Shown here: in pieces, positions 1 to 9,506 of the stretch
Position numbering within the stretch: the stretch's first letter is position 1
Layout: each line of letters opens with the position of its first letter
IMG/VR virus record: IMGVR_UViG_3300025131_011243
Location: 32,001 to 96,000 of that record
Reading direction: 5' to 3' (one strand)
DNA length: 64,000 bases
From: a virus
The notes under the pieces: model-generated
Database searches by the model: none
What the model saw: the letters and a program-made list of their open reading frames with translations, nothing else
What the model was told of the DNA's origin: nothing
Program-made: the position numbers and the translations under genes

Positions 1-33
1 GATTTTCTCCCTGCCCATTGCGGACTCCCCAAG

Positions 34-759
34 TCATATAGGCTTCTTTCCAAGAATCTTCCATTGCTTATGATGGGAAGCTTTGCCTACAGATACGCTC
101 CACATATGTCCAGCATTCAACCCATGTTCCTTGCAAAACGACCATAGATTATCCGTGATGTATTCTACCTCATCTGGACCCACAATTTCATAAATGAACT
201 TCCTCTTCTTTTTGCTCATCTTAGACTTTGACTCTTTGCTATACTTTTTACCGGTATTGGAATTGCGTATTTTATCCCTATGTTCATCAGACAACACCTT
301 GCCAAGATTCGCCTTAGACAACTTCTTCTTTGTTGCGTCGGACATTTTATATCCCAGGTGACTTTTTCTAAGTTTCTCAATAGTCTCTGGGCTTGCCTTC
401 TTGCCGGTGTTTGCTATTGAAATCTTTTTTCTGGTCTCGGCTGAAAGAATACCAGACGATTGTCCCGCTCTTAGGTTGTAACCATTGGGAGAGAAGCTGT
501 CTAATTTTTTGACCCAATATACCTCCCTACTGTCTACCTCCGTTTGGGAACACCCATCTTTAACTTCTTCAAGCAATTCTACTTTGAAATGACGCTCACC
601 ATATTTGGATATAGCGAACACTATTGGCATTCGTTTTTTAGTTTTCCACCTAGCTTCCGCACAATGCCTTTTGAATCTATTGTCTATCCCACGTCATGTT
701 TGTCCAACGTAAACCTTGCTGTTTACGTCATTCGTGATTTTATATATGCAAGCTTTCAT
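34..759 (-). pseudogene. GIY-YIG homing endonuclease with NUMOD3-like repeats, interrupted by an in-frame TGA at 694-696
   Basis: Reading from ATG 759 gives MKACIYKITNDVNSKVYVGQT*RGIDNRFKRH..., in frame with ORF 34..630 (GYNL motif, SAETRKKIS/SDEHRDKIR repeats). Confidence 0.8.
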
Positions 760-807
760 ACTTACAAATAACCACTTTTCTACCGATCTCCTCTTTAATT
801 ACCCTCA

Positions 808-1440
808 TTACTTCCTAACATAAAATGTAAGGTAATCATGTATACCTGACCATTGAGGAATATCTATATCGTCTGTCTCTTCCCAATTTTCAGCCAACGT
901 GCAGAAGAAGCTATCATCCCCCGTGCATCCGTACCCACCTTCTCCAACAAATATCAACTTGTTGCCTAAGAATTTCTTCAATGTATTGTTAGCCATGGGA
1001 TCGTCGTATGGGGGCCAGACAAGCATAAGAACTCCATGAGTTCCGTATGCCGACATGGCCGCTTCATTACTCATGTCCTTCACATCGATAAACGGATCTC
1101 TTGACAATTCCTCTTGATGAGACGAAAGGTTGTCAGTAACGGTAACGTTTATACCTTCGTCTCTCATTAGTTTTGCCCAAAGCCCCAGACCGCCTCCTAC
1201 CTCAATAACCTTATCGTTTTGTACGAATGCTTTAATCTGTTCAATAGCCTCAATGTTAGGGACGGACCATCCGTAGTTATTGATATACTGCCTGCGTCTA
1301 TAGTGTTCTTTCATGTACCTGTCGATATCATCGCCCGCATCGCCCTCATACCTCTTGGCATTAGGGTCTATCCAATCGGGTCCATCGGGTCCAAAGCGTG
1401 AAAGCTCGTCGTACAGATTGGCGAACTTGAACCAGTTCAT
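808..1440 (-). CDS. SAM-dependent methyltransferase-like protein with MNWFKFAN leader
   Basis: VIEVGGGLGLW SAM-binding motif; LMLVWPPY and GCTGD motifs. Confidence 0.7.
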   Translation of the reverse strand: MNWFKFANLYDELSRFGPDGPDWIDPNAKRYEGDAGDDIDRYMKEHYRRRQYINNYGWSVPNIEAIEQIKAFVQNDKVIEVGGGLGLWAKLMRDEGINVTVTDNLSSHQEELSRDPFIDVKDMSNEAAMSAYGTHGVLMLVWPPYDDPMANNTLKKFLGNKLIFVGEGGYGCTGDDSFFCTLAENWEETDDIDIPQWSGIHDYLTFYVRK

Positions 1441-1513
1441 CCCTCATAATTCAAAAAAACGACAAGATCTACCTCTGAAAGGATTCAATACCGACCTTTT
1501 GCCCACTCTGCCT

Positions 1514-1873
1514 TTATAATCCAAATCCCGCCCGGCACCATCTGTGTATTTCCTGCGGAATAGCCATCCACGCCTTCCTCGGACTTATCGCTTGCTGACG
1601 TATCAACGCCCATAGGTCCTCAATGACCGTTCCCTTGTTATGAGCTACCAACCATCCAACAACGTTTCTGTCCCTCCAGTCCCCGCTTCTCCATGGCTGA
1701 TCCGCTCCCTTAATGTCAGGATTAACCTGTTCAAACCATGAATGAGTCTCAGGCGAAACAATGTCCGCACCAGTTGGACCAATCTTGTATGGCTGAGATG
1801 TATGCCAATGATTAGCATCAGCACGAACAAATCCAAAATCTTCATCATCTCCAGCAAACCATACTGGCTTGCG
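1514..1873 (-). other. Start-less 119-codon open frame (probable disrupted gene)
   Basis: Manual translation RKPVWFAGDDEDFGFVRADANHW...WCRAGFGL*; preceded by in-frame TAA at 1874-1876 and TTG at 1924. Confidence 0.45.
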
Positions 1874-1924
1874 TTACAGGGAAACAACCCTTCGATACCC
1901 TTGAAGGGGTAGTCCTTGAGGCAA

Positions 1925-2674
1925 TTAACGTATGCTCGCCATCTTAGCCCCTGATCTAAGAAACAGAGCGTCAATTCCCACAGCTATAAAGCGATACCCT
2001 TGATTCACCGCTTGTTGGACGGCTCCTCTGTCGGGCTCAACGACATGAATGCCAGCAGGTTTCTTGTGATACGAACATGTCTCCATGTATTCTCTCAAAG
2101 CCTTCTCAACGATGGGATGATCAAAGTCCCCGCAATGTCCCAACGTTCCGCTTAGATCGTACGGACCTACAAATGTAGCATCAACATCGTCCATCGCTAC
2201 GATGTTATGTAGATCCTGAAGAATGTCCTTATGTTCTACTTGAAGGATAACAGCGATCTCGTTGTTAGCTCTTTCGATGTAGTCTTTGAAGTTGTTTCCA
2301 TACATATTAGCAACGCTGAATCCGAACCCTCTATCGCCATGCGGAGGATACTTGCATTCGGCAACAGCATTCCTAGCTTCCGAGCAATTCTTGATCATAG
2401 GCACTATGATCCCGCCCGCACCGGCATCCAAGGATCGATGGATCCAAGTAGGATCGTTGTACGGAACTCTTACAACAGGCGATACGTCGCATCTATTGAG
2501 GATGCGGAATATGTCTGCTAATGACTCGATATTGATTGCACCATGTTCCAGGTCAACGCATACCCAGTCGAATCCTATGTCTGCCAAAATTTCGGCAATG
2601 GCGACATGAGGAATCTGCATCCATGTTCCGAATGTCAAACGCTCTTCTCTAATGAGACGCCTTAGATTTTTCAT
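1925..2674 (-). CDS. HpcH/HpaI family aldolase
   Basis: GFDWVCVDLEHG, VVRVP, LDAGAGGIIVPMI, YPPHGDRG, FVGPYDLS motifs; start likely ATG 2674 overlapping the iscA stop. Confidence 0.9.
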   Translation of the reverse strand: MKNLRRLIREERLTFGTWMQIPHVAIAEILADIGFDWVCVDLEHGAINIESLADIFRILNRCDVSPVVRVPYNDPTWIHRSLDAGAGGIIVPMIKNCSEARNAVAECKYPPHGDRGFGFSVANMYGNNFKDYIERANNEIAVILQVEHKDILQDLHNIVAMDDVDATFVGPYDLSGTLGHCGDFDHPIVEKALREYMETCSYHKKPAGIHVVEPDRGAVQQAVNQGYRFIAVGIDALFLRSGAKMASIR

Positions 2675-3000
2675 GCTGAGAAACTCGATCCACAACCGCA
2701 AGTGCTAGTAGAATTTGGGTTCTCGAATACAAAACCTTTACCCATCAATCCCTCTGAGAAATCAACTACTGTCCCGTTGAGGTAAAGATAACTTTTAGGA
2801 TCGCATATCACTTTAAGACCATGTTGAGAAAACTCTTCATCACTGTCATCCTTATCTTCTGTAAGATCAAGCAGGTAGCTAAAGCCTGAACATCCTCCGC
2901 CTTTGATTCCTACCCTAAGATGTATTCTGGCAATATCGATCTCTTCTTTCAAAGCAATATCTTTGACTTCGTTCGCCGCTATTTCTGTTAGTTCTATCAT
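2671..3000 (-). CDS. iscA: A-type Fe-S carrier, IscA/HesB family
   Basis: GGGCSGFSY and NPNSTSTCGCGSSF signatures. Confidence 0.95.
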   Translation of the reverse strand: MIELTEIAANEVKDIALKEEIDIARIHLRVGIKGGGCSGFSYLLDLTEDKDDSDEEFSQHGLKVICDPKSYLYLNGTVVDFSEGLMGKGFVFENPNSTSTCGCGSSFSA

Positions 3001-3245
3001 TCTTCGGCTTCCCTACCTACATAGTCGTCAATTGCTTCATGATTTCTTGCGTACACCATAACCATTGCTGTAAAACGATCAAGAGAGACGCCCTCTGGGA
3101 GGTCCCCAACAGAGGCAATTTCTCTTTGCAATTCTTCAAAAGAAGCTGTTGCGGGATCTATTTTGGATGTATACCGCAAGAACATCAAAGCCGCTTTTAC
3201 TTGACGAAGTCTTTCTTCGTTATCGATTTGATTAAACCAATTCAT
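2997..3245 (-). CDS. Hypothetical protein with MNWFNQ leader
   Basis: ORF with coupled stop/start overlaps at both ends. Confidence 0.7.
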   Translation of the reverse strand: MNWFNQIDNEERLRQVKAALMFLRYTSKIDPATASFEELQREIASVGDLPEGVSLDRFTAMVMVYARNHEAIDDYVGREAEE

Positions 3246-5647
3246 TGATCATCCGGCTTGGGCTCAAGAACATGAAGTTCGTTTTCCGCCCTTGTGTACG
3301 CAACGTACTTCAGGTTCCCTTCCTGAACCAAGTCTTCAGAATTTTTGGCATTAGGATGTGGGAATAACTGGTCTTCTACGATAAAGACTCTCTTGAATTG
3401 CATTCCCTTAGCCTTGTGGGCTGTGGTAAGTAGAACAAATGTTCTGGGGTCTTTCTTCTTCATGTCCTGAACCTTCTTCGCAGAATCTTCATCAACACCC
3501 CTAAATCTTTCCACTAAATATGTTCTTAAATCTCTTGTGGTATTTACCCTGATATTCAATTCCTGATCAAAGAAATTCATTTCCCTGAGATGGCTTACAA
3601 CACTTGTTAACGCCTCGGTAGCCTCTGTTACCTTACTCAATGCTTCGCTCTTAGCTATACGACCCTTCCATTTCTTTTGCTTGTCTTCTGAATATCTAAT
3701 TAATTCAGACATAAACTGATCTATACCCATCACTCTCTCGTTTTTGTTTTGGTCTTTGCCAGCTACGCTTGAGATATGCTTGGTCAGTTCTTCAGAAAAG
3801 TTCTTTCCAAGAACGACAAAATTCATTCCTCTTTTCAGTAGATCCATAGCGGCTGATGTGAGAGGTGCATTAACTCTAGATATGAATGCCGTCTCCTCTT
3901 TCAGCTTACCCCCACCATCCGTCCACTCATCTTGCAAACCCATAATAGCGTTATCGTACGACATGCCTTCTGTAACTTCTCCATCATGTTGCAAACCAGC
4001 TTGAAGGTCGTGTACGTTTGTGTTCTGATTAACGTAGTCAATGATATTCTTACCGCTTCTGTAGTTGGTTGGAAGCTCGTGCTGAGCCCCTCCTGTGTTT
4101 TGCGTTATCGTATCAAAAGTTTCATTTTCTCCCCCACGGAATCGATAAACAGCCTGATTGGGATCCCCCACTGCAACTATCCTAGCCCCCTGTTCCTCCA
4201 GTTTTTGAAGCATAAGAACTTGGCATCTATTGAAATCCTGAACCTCGTCTGCCAAGACGACATCATACCTCGGCCAACTTATTTGGTCTGCATAGATAGC
4301 GGAATACCAAAGCGTATCATCCTGATCTCTTAAACCTCGGAATAGATTCCTATTTGGATCTGGCTCTGGAAGAGGATTATCCGGAGTAGAATAATGGAGC
4401 ATATCCATGGCCTTATCTATGATTTGCGGAGTCCAATCTCTAGCATTTGGTGAAGGAACCCCATTTTTGTTATCTTCTAATGTAACATCAATAGTAAAGC
4501 TCTGAATCAACCCCTTTAGGAGATCGGTAGCACCTGGATCGCTTGGGATGACTGCAAAGTTTTTAGCCAAATTGGCGAGCCTTGATATGGAAATTTTTGC
4601 AGGCCAGTTAAGATGCCTGGGGAACGTACTGTCGTTTTTCATATAAGCATCAACCATCCTAAACATCCTAGATCCACCATATCCTTTCGGAATTAGACTG
4701 GAACTATCAATCAAATCCATTTTAGCACTCTTGCCCAAAATATTTCCTAAGAACGAGTGGCTTGTTTTTACCTCAACACCATTGGGAAATTTACCCTTAC
4801 CGGAAGATGCTTCTGTTTGATTCTTTTTGCCGAATACGATGTATATCCACTTCTCGGCAGGATCTTTGAATGACGCCAAATGCTTAAGCATAGTAGTCTT
4901 GCCTGCCCCAGCAAGAGCATTCATCATAATATTGTCATCAGATTGAAGGAACGAAACTTCTACGCCCTTCTGTTCAGGACTTATCCTGTCGTCGGGTATC
5001 CTACCTTTGACTGCATTCGGATCATCCGGCTGTTCGTCTTCCTGTTGAGCATCGCCATCTTGACCAGACGGTTGGGAAACCACCTTCGGCTTAATGATTC
5101 TGATCTGATCTCTACCATTGTAGTTTTCCCATTTAACGATACCGCTGATTCTTATAACGTCTCCGGCGACGAAACCTTCATCGTCCATGAAAACAGCCAT
5201 CTTAACTCCAGAAGCCTCTTCCAAAAGATAGTAATGATTGTATTTTGAAGGCTTGCTTACTAGAACTGTGAAGTCTTCCTCTATAGCATCTCCTTCATTG
5301 TACACCGTGGGAGCAACGGCAGGAGTCGCTGGTGGCTGAGGTTGAGCAACCGGTTGTTGAGGTTGGGGCTGAGTCCCAGGAGTTGCGGTCAGGGGCATTA
5401 GATCAACGCCCATACTTTGTTCAAGATAGTCTTTAGCTCTTTGATTGGCTGTAATGTGAGTTACTTCTATGGCCCACGCTCTGGGAACTATGCCATCCCA
5501 TCTAAATCCCATCTTACTAAGATCTTGCCTAAAGTCGTAGGTGGCCCCACCGGTTAGGGTAAAATAGGGGGTTCCTTGGACGTCAACCACATTAGATTGG
5601 ATGCCTCCAGCGGCTAAAACGATATGAGTATACCAGTTACCAAACAA
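3242..5647 (-). CDS. UvrD/Rep-like SF1 helicase with long N-terminal extension (NWY leader, P/Q linker, OB-like segment)
   Basis: ALAGAGKTT Walker A, LADEVQD, VGDPNQAVYRFRG, TNYRS, TAHKAKG, YVAYTRA. Confidence 0.9.
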   Translation of the reverse strand: MFGNWYTHIVLAAGGIQSNVVDVQGTPYFTLTGGATYDFRQDLSKMGFRWDGIVPRAWAIEVTHITANQRAKDYLEQSMGVDLMPLTATPGTQPQPQQPVAQPQPPATPAVAPTVYNEGDAIEEDFTVLVSKPSKYNHYYLLEEASGVKMAVFMDDEGFVAGDVIRISGIVKWENYNGRDQIRIIKPKVVSQPSGQDGDAQQEDEQPDDPNAVKGRIPDDRISPEQKGVEVSFLQSDDNIMMNALAGAGKTTMLKHLASFKDPAEKWIYIVFGKKNQTEASSGKGKFPNGVEVKTSHSFLGNILGKSAKMDLIDSSSLIPKGYGGSRMFRMVDAYMKNDSTFPRHLNWPAKISISRLANLAKNFAVIPSDPGATDLLKGLIQSFTIDVTLEDNKNGVPSPNARDWTPQIIDKAMDMLHYSTPDNPLPEPDPNRNLFRGLRDQDDTLWYSAIYADQISWPRYDVVLADEVQDFNRCQVLMLQKLEEQGARIVAVGDPNQAVYRFRGGENETFDTITQNTGGAQHELPTNYRSGKNIIDYVNQNTNVHDLQAGLQHDGEVTEGMSYDNAIMGLQDEWTDGGGKLKEETAFISRVNAPLTSAAMDLLKRGMNFVVLGKNFSEELTKHISSVAGKDQNKNERVMGIDQFMSELIRYSEDKQKKWKGRIAKSEALSKVTEATEALTSVVSHLREMNFFDQELNIRVNTTRDLRTYLVERFRGVDEDSAKKVQDMKKKDPRTFVLLTTAHKAKGMQFKRVFIVEDQLFPHPNAKNSEDLVQEGNLKYVAYTRAENELHVLEPKPDDQ

Positions 5648-5683
5648 TATTCTGCCCTTTGCATGGGATTATACCATATACCT

Positions 5684-5707
5684 TCGGGCAAAAGAAGGGC
5701 TTTACCT
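5684..5707 (-). promoter_or_regulatory. AGG-N18-CGAA promoter-like motif, followed by TGGTATAAT
   Basis: AGGtaaagcccttcttttgccCGAA upstream of the helicase. Confidence 0.5.
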
Positions 5708-6037
5708 TTGTCGAGTTAGGTTTTTTATCTCTTGGCGTAATGCGGCCATTTTTGACTTGATTTGTTCATCGGTCCAGTCGTCATAAAGGCATCCCTCGTC
5801 CTCATAAATCTCTACCCAATCTCCATCACCATCCACTGACAATTCGCTGAGAATTTCGGCTATCTTGAATGGGTCTTTGTTATCAATAGCTTTGATCAAA
5901 TCCTCATTACCACCTTCACGACATTCCATACGGTCGATAGCAAGACATTCCATGAACCGTTGTAGTTCTTTTTTGGTTCGCAATGTCTCTTCGGAAACAC
6001 TGTCTACATCGTAATCGTGCATGTGAACTTTGTACAT
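5702..6037 (-). CDS. Hypothetical acidic protein (paralog of 6041..6418)
   Basis: Shared MY..M.D.D.D, IKAI..KD and G..VEI motifs. Confidence 0.7.
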   Translation of the reverse strand: MYKVHMHDYDVDSVSEETLRTKKELQRFMECLAIDRMECREGGNEDLIKAIDNKDPFKIAEILSELSVDGDGDWVEIYEDEGCLYDDWTDEQIKSKMAALRQEIKNLTRQR

Positions 6038-6040
6038 CTT

Positions 6041-6418
6041 CTATCCCTGTTTTTCTTCGAGGATCAATTTCTCTTTTTCTCTGGCTATATTTTCGATCCT
6101 GTCTCTGATTTCCCCATCGGTTAGAAACGCAGGAGCAGGGGCATTCGTAGGATCATATTCTGCTATCTCCACATACTCCCCATTGCAATCTTCGTGAATC
6201 TTATTGTAAATCCTTACTATCTCGTCGATATCCTTGTCTTCTATTGCCTTAATCATGGCATTATCTTGTTCGTAATTTCTGTCTCCCGGTATACTGACTT
6301 CGTCACCTATAGCATCTAATGCTATTTCGGCCAAGAAGCGAAAGGTCTGATTTCTATCCTCAAAATCTTTTTCATAAACGAAGTCAGGGTCATGGTCATA
6401 CATCTTCAGATGATACAT
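6041..6418 (-). CDS. Hypothetical acidic protein (paralog of 5702..6037)
   Basis: Similarity to its neighbour, seen by eye. Confidence 0.7.
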   Translation of the reverse strand: MYHLKMYDHDPDFVYEKDFEDRNQTFRFLAEIALDAIGDEVSIPGDRNYEQDNAMIKAIEDKDIDEIVRIYNKIHEDCNGEYVEIAEYDPTNAPAPAFLTDGEIRDRIENIAREKEKLILEEKQG

Positions 6419-6738
6419 AAGTCATCTCCTTTGTCTTTTGCCCAAGCTACATCGAACCATGGACTTCCACATTCTCGGTATGTCCTGTTCATGGGGAATG
6501 GGGGACTACCTTGACCCTTATCGAACTTCTCTTTCTGTTCGCAAAACTCAAGAAATTTATCAAGATCATTACATTCATAAAGCTGGATGATTTCTGCCCA
6601 CTCCATCCAACGCCATTCATTGTCTATCTTTTTCGGCAAGAAGAGGAACCTCTTGATTGTCCGTATCTTCTCTCCTCTGGGTCCAGGTTTAGGTGGTCTG
6701 GCTGCTACTCTCATGGTTGTAATCCCGTTTAATGACAT
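6406..6738 (-). CDS. Hypothetical phage protein
   Basis: ORF in operon context; FLFLPKKIDNEWRWMEWAEI. Confidence 0.6.
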   Translation of the reverse strand: MSLNGITTMRVAARPPKPGPRGEKIRTIKRFLFLPKKIDNEWRWMEWAEIIQLYECNDLDKFLEFCEQKEKFDKGQGSPPFPMNRTYRECGSPWFDVAWAKDKGDDLCII

Positions 6739-6803
6739 GAGGGATTACTATAGCATATTTACTATCACTTCAAAAACGTCTAGCAAACTGGTCTAACCAG
6801 CCT

Positions 6804-7256
6804 CTATGTCATATTTGCGTTGAAATATTGAGGATCATCAGTCACATCACGAAGAACCCAAGGCGGCAATTTGAATTGATGATCTACATGAGGAAGCTCA
6901 ACCTCAGCAATGACAAGGTCACGATCCAGGAATTCATCAACTTCCCAAACCATGCCATCGAATTCAACAACGTACCTATTCTTGCGTATGATGGGAGGAG
7001 GACATAGCCAAAGCATTTCGCTGGCATCGTTTATTGGAATCTCGTACTCGAACTCTAGAGATGAAGCGTTCTCTTTCAGTCCCTTGACAGTAATAAATCC
7101 TCTGTTCTTTCCATTATGTCCTACTGTACGAATACGCACGGTTCTCTCGGGATCTCGACTAAGATACCCCTGAGAAATAGCATGACAACCGCTCGACATC
7201 TTGATGACGTCTTTTATGCCCAAGATTTTGAATTTACGTTCGATTTCTACAGCCAT
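6804..7256 (-). CDS. CYTH-domain (triphosphate tunnel) protein
   Basis: EIERKF start, QGYL, TVRIR, EFEYEIP, WEVDEF, AEVEL. Confidence 0.9.
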   Translation of the reverse strand: MAVEIERKFKILGIKDVIKMSSGCHAISQGYLSRDPERTVRIRTVGHNGKNRGFITVKGLKENASSLEFEYEIPINDASEMLWLCPPPIIRKNRYVVEFDGMVWEVDEFLDRDLVIAEVELPHVDHQFKLPPWVLRDVTDDPQYFNANMT

Positions 7257-7276
7257 TGCTACATCTTACTCAAATA

Positions 7277-7654
7277 CTACCACTTCCGATGCCATCTGCT
7301 GCTGCTGCTGCTGCGCTCACCATGTCGCCTGTTGCCCATATGTCTACTATGGGGCATGTGACGCCTACGATGACTGTCTCTTATGACCATATAGCCTCGA
7401 TTGTCAGGAAGGATAATAACTATTCTGACTCGTTCCCTATTGAAGGCAGGGCGGTAAGAAAAATCAGGACGATGCCACTGATAGCGGTCTTTGCAGCCCC
7501 TTCTTCCCAAGTCATTGGATCTGTGCTGCCTTAGCTGAGTTTTGCCTTCCCGGTCGTAGCGATGTCCTCGATCTCGTCTGCCGTCCTTAGCCATGGCCGG
7601 AGATGTAAAAGCCAAGGCCATGATGGCTACTAAAACTATAATCCATTTTGTCAT
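7277..7654 (-). CDS. Signal-peptide-bearing Arg/His-rich small protein
   Basis: MTKWIIVLVAIMALAFTSPAMA-K Sec-type signal; AGGAG RBS upstream. Confidence 0.6.
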   Translation of the reverse strand: MTKWIIVLVAIMALAFTSPAMAKDGRRDRGHRYDREGKTQLRQHRSNDLGRRGCKDRYQWHRPDFSYRPAFNRERVRIVIILPDNRGYMVIRDSHRRRHMPHSRHMGNRRHGERSSSSSRWHRKW

Positions 7655-7879
7655 ATTTGCTCTCCTTTCTATCTATTATAACGTCCAAAAGCTCTAAAAG
7701 TTGCCAGAATCCGGACATGACGCCGGATATCTGTCCCGATAGCCCATAATTGGCCTCAAATCTACCAGATTAAATCCCTTCTGTCCGGATTAAGCAGAAC
7801 CTCTGCAAACCCACCATGCCCACAAATGGGCTTCAGGAGCTTTGTGAAGAAGATGTTTTCTATCTGTCGATATTAAGGC

Positions 7880-8554
7880 ATGAATACAGTAGATACCCCA
7901 TGCCGTCTATGCCACTCTTTCGGCTTCTGTCAAAAATACGAACAAGACTACGCCAACCATGTAGACAAAAAAGGTGTATGGCAAAAATGCATGTCCCCTA
8001 TCCGTAAATGTCAGCATGCCATCGCCGATTTCCATTTAGACAAACTCCAAGGAGTCGATATCCTAGAAGTAGGATGCGGAAGCAAACGAAAAGGCGAATT
8101 CATCAAGAACTTGGTTACTCCCCATTGCCAATGGCGAGGTATGGATATTAAGAAGACTGACCTAACAACTGACATAGGAAGAGTCGAGAACATGCCATTT
8201 AACGATGAAGAGTTTGACATTGTTATCGGCAATCAGACGATGGAGCATTGGGACGACATCCCCAAAGCTTTGAGCGAGATCTACCGAGTCATGAGGCATC
8301 CTGGCGAATTGTACCTCAACGTTCCTATCTACCTTCATGGGTCAGAATATTTCGTCACTGGCAACTTGGAACCTGTAGCCAAAATGCTTAAGGAAGCCGG
8401 TTTTCACAACATCGTTGTGGAAACATGGAGAAAGGGCCATGAAGGTCTGGGAAGATACTTCCCCGGCGAATCGAAGAAGCATTGCAAGAAATTCGGCATG
8501 AAGATAGAAGATACAACTTCAGCCTATATCGCAAACTTCACCTGCGATAAATGA
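7880..8554 (+). CDS. Class I SAM-dependent methyltransferase (type 11-like)
   Basis: ILEVGCG, MPFNDEEFDIV, MEH, ALSEIYRVM.PG. Confidence 0.85.
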   Translation: MNTVDTPCRLCHSFGFCQKYEQDYANHVDKKGVWQKCMSPIRKCQHAIADFHLDKLQGVDILEVGCGSKRKGEFIKNLVTPHCQWRGMDIKKTDLTTDIGRVENMPFNDEEFDIVIGNQTMEHWDDIPKALSEIYRVMRHPGELYLNVPIYLHGSEYFVTGNLEPVAKMLKEAGFHNIVVETWRKGHEGLGRYFPGESKKHCKKFGMKIEDTTSAYIANFTCDK

Positions 8555-8980
8555 TCACGATACAGAATCAGCAAACTCAATCGCATACTGCTTCGCCTGA
8601 TCCAATGTCTTAGCAGGACCGTCATACTGAGTCTCATTGCCGCTAGGCGTAGCTGCCACAGGTTCATCTCCGATTCCAAAGTTACTCATAGCTCTATGGC
8701 TCCACCCCCACCAGTTCTGACTTTCCTCTTCGAACCCTATCGAGCAAACATCATGATCATCGCATGAAGCCTCTGGAGCTATACCCTTTTCTTCGATAAG
8801 CATCTTGGCTGTTTCCACATCCCCTATGTAGCACCCGCTGTCAGCGTAGGCGGATTCCATTTCCACCCTTCCATCTTCGTCATTACCCACCTGAGTATCT
8901 TCGGTACGAACTTCATAGCCGTCGAATTTTTCTACGTTGAGCACCTTCTTCTTTAACTGAGCTTGTTTATACCAGTTCAT
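8555..8980 (-). CDS. Hypothetical protein with MNWYKQAQ leader
   Basis: ORF; CSIGF...WWGWSHRA motif. Confidence 0.75.
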   Translation of the reverse strand: MNWYKQAQLKKKVLNVEKFDGYEVRTEDTQVGNDEDGRVEMESAYADSGCYIGDVETAKMLIEEKGIAPEASCDDHDVCSIGFEEESQNWWGWSHRAMSNFGIGDEPVAATPSGNETQYDGPAKTLDQAKQYAIEFADSVS

Positions 8981-9506
8981 TGAGATCCTCTTGGGCGGGC
9001 CTTAGACCTTCGCCTTTTACCAATAGTTCAGATTCAGCATACCCACGTTGGAATAGATCTATGACAGCTACAACATCCTGCTTATTAACTACATAAGTAT
9101 CTGGATCAACCCCTTTCTGGGTAGCAAAGAAATTGGCTGTTGACATATCTAAAGTAACAGGAACAACAGGCCCCTTAGGAACCCCTCCTCGATGTACGGT
9201 TATCCACTCTGGCATACCTTGCAATGCCTGCTGAGATAATCTAACAACTTCATCTCTTGCTGCCAAAATTTCATTCCTGAATTCAGGACCATGCATATTG
9301 GCCAGATCTTCCTCGTTTATGCCTAAATCTGAAAGAGCATCATACATATCAACATCATCATCAAACAGATTTGCTATTACATCTGAACCAGATGACGTAT
9401 CCATAAAGTTACCCTGAACATTCAGTAAAGCCTTAAGCCCCCTACTATTAACCTGTTCAGGCCCTAGCTTGCCCGGAAGTTTAGAAGTTTCTTTATACCA
9501 ATTCAT
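8967..9506 (-). CDS. MNWYKETS-leader protein, ADP-ribosyltransferase-like C-terminal domain
   Basis: True start ATG 9506 (overlaps upstream stop); TVHRG...ANFFA...ESELLV resembles the R/ExE pattern of the ART fold. Confidence 0.55.
   Translation of the reverse strand: MNWYKETSKLPGKLGPEQVNSRGLKALLNVQGNFMDTSSGSDVIANLFDDDVDMYDALSDLGINEEDLANMHGPEFRNEILAARDEVVRLSQQALQGMPEWITVHRGGVPKGPVVPVTLDMSTANFFATQKGVDPDTYVVNKQDVVAVIDLFQRGYAESELLVKGEGLRPAQEDLNELV

Noticed and set aside
1645-1974. Track ORF 1645..1974 as a gene
   Set aside because: It overlaps the aldolase end and has atypical composition; a different frame (1514..1873) looks more protein-like.
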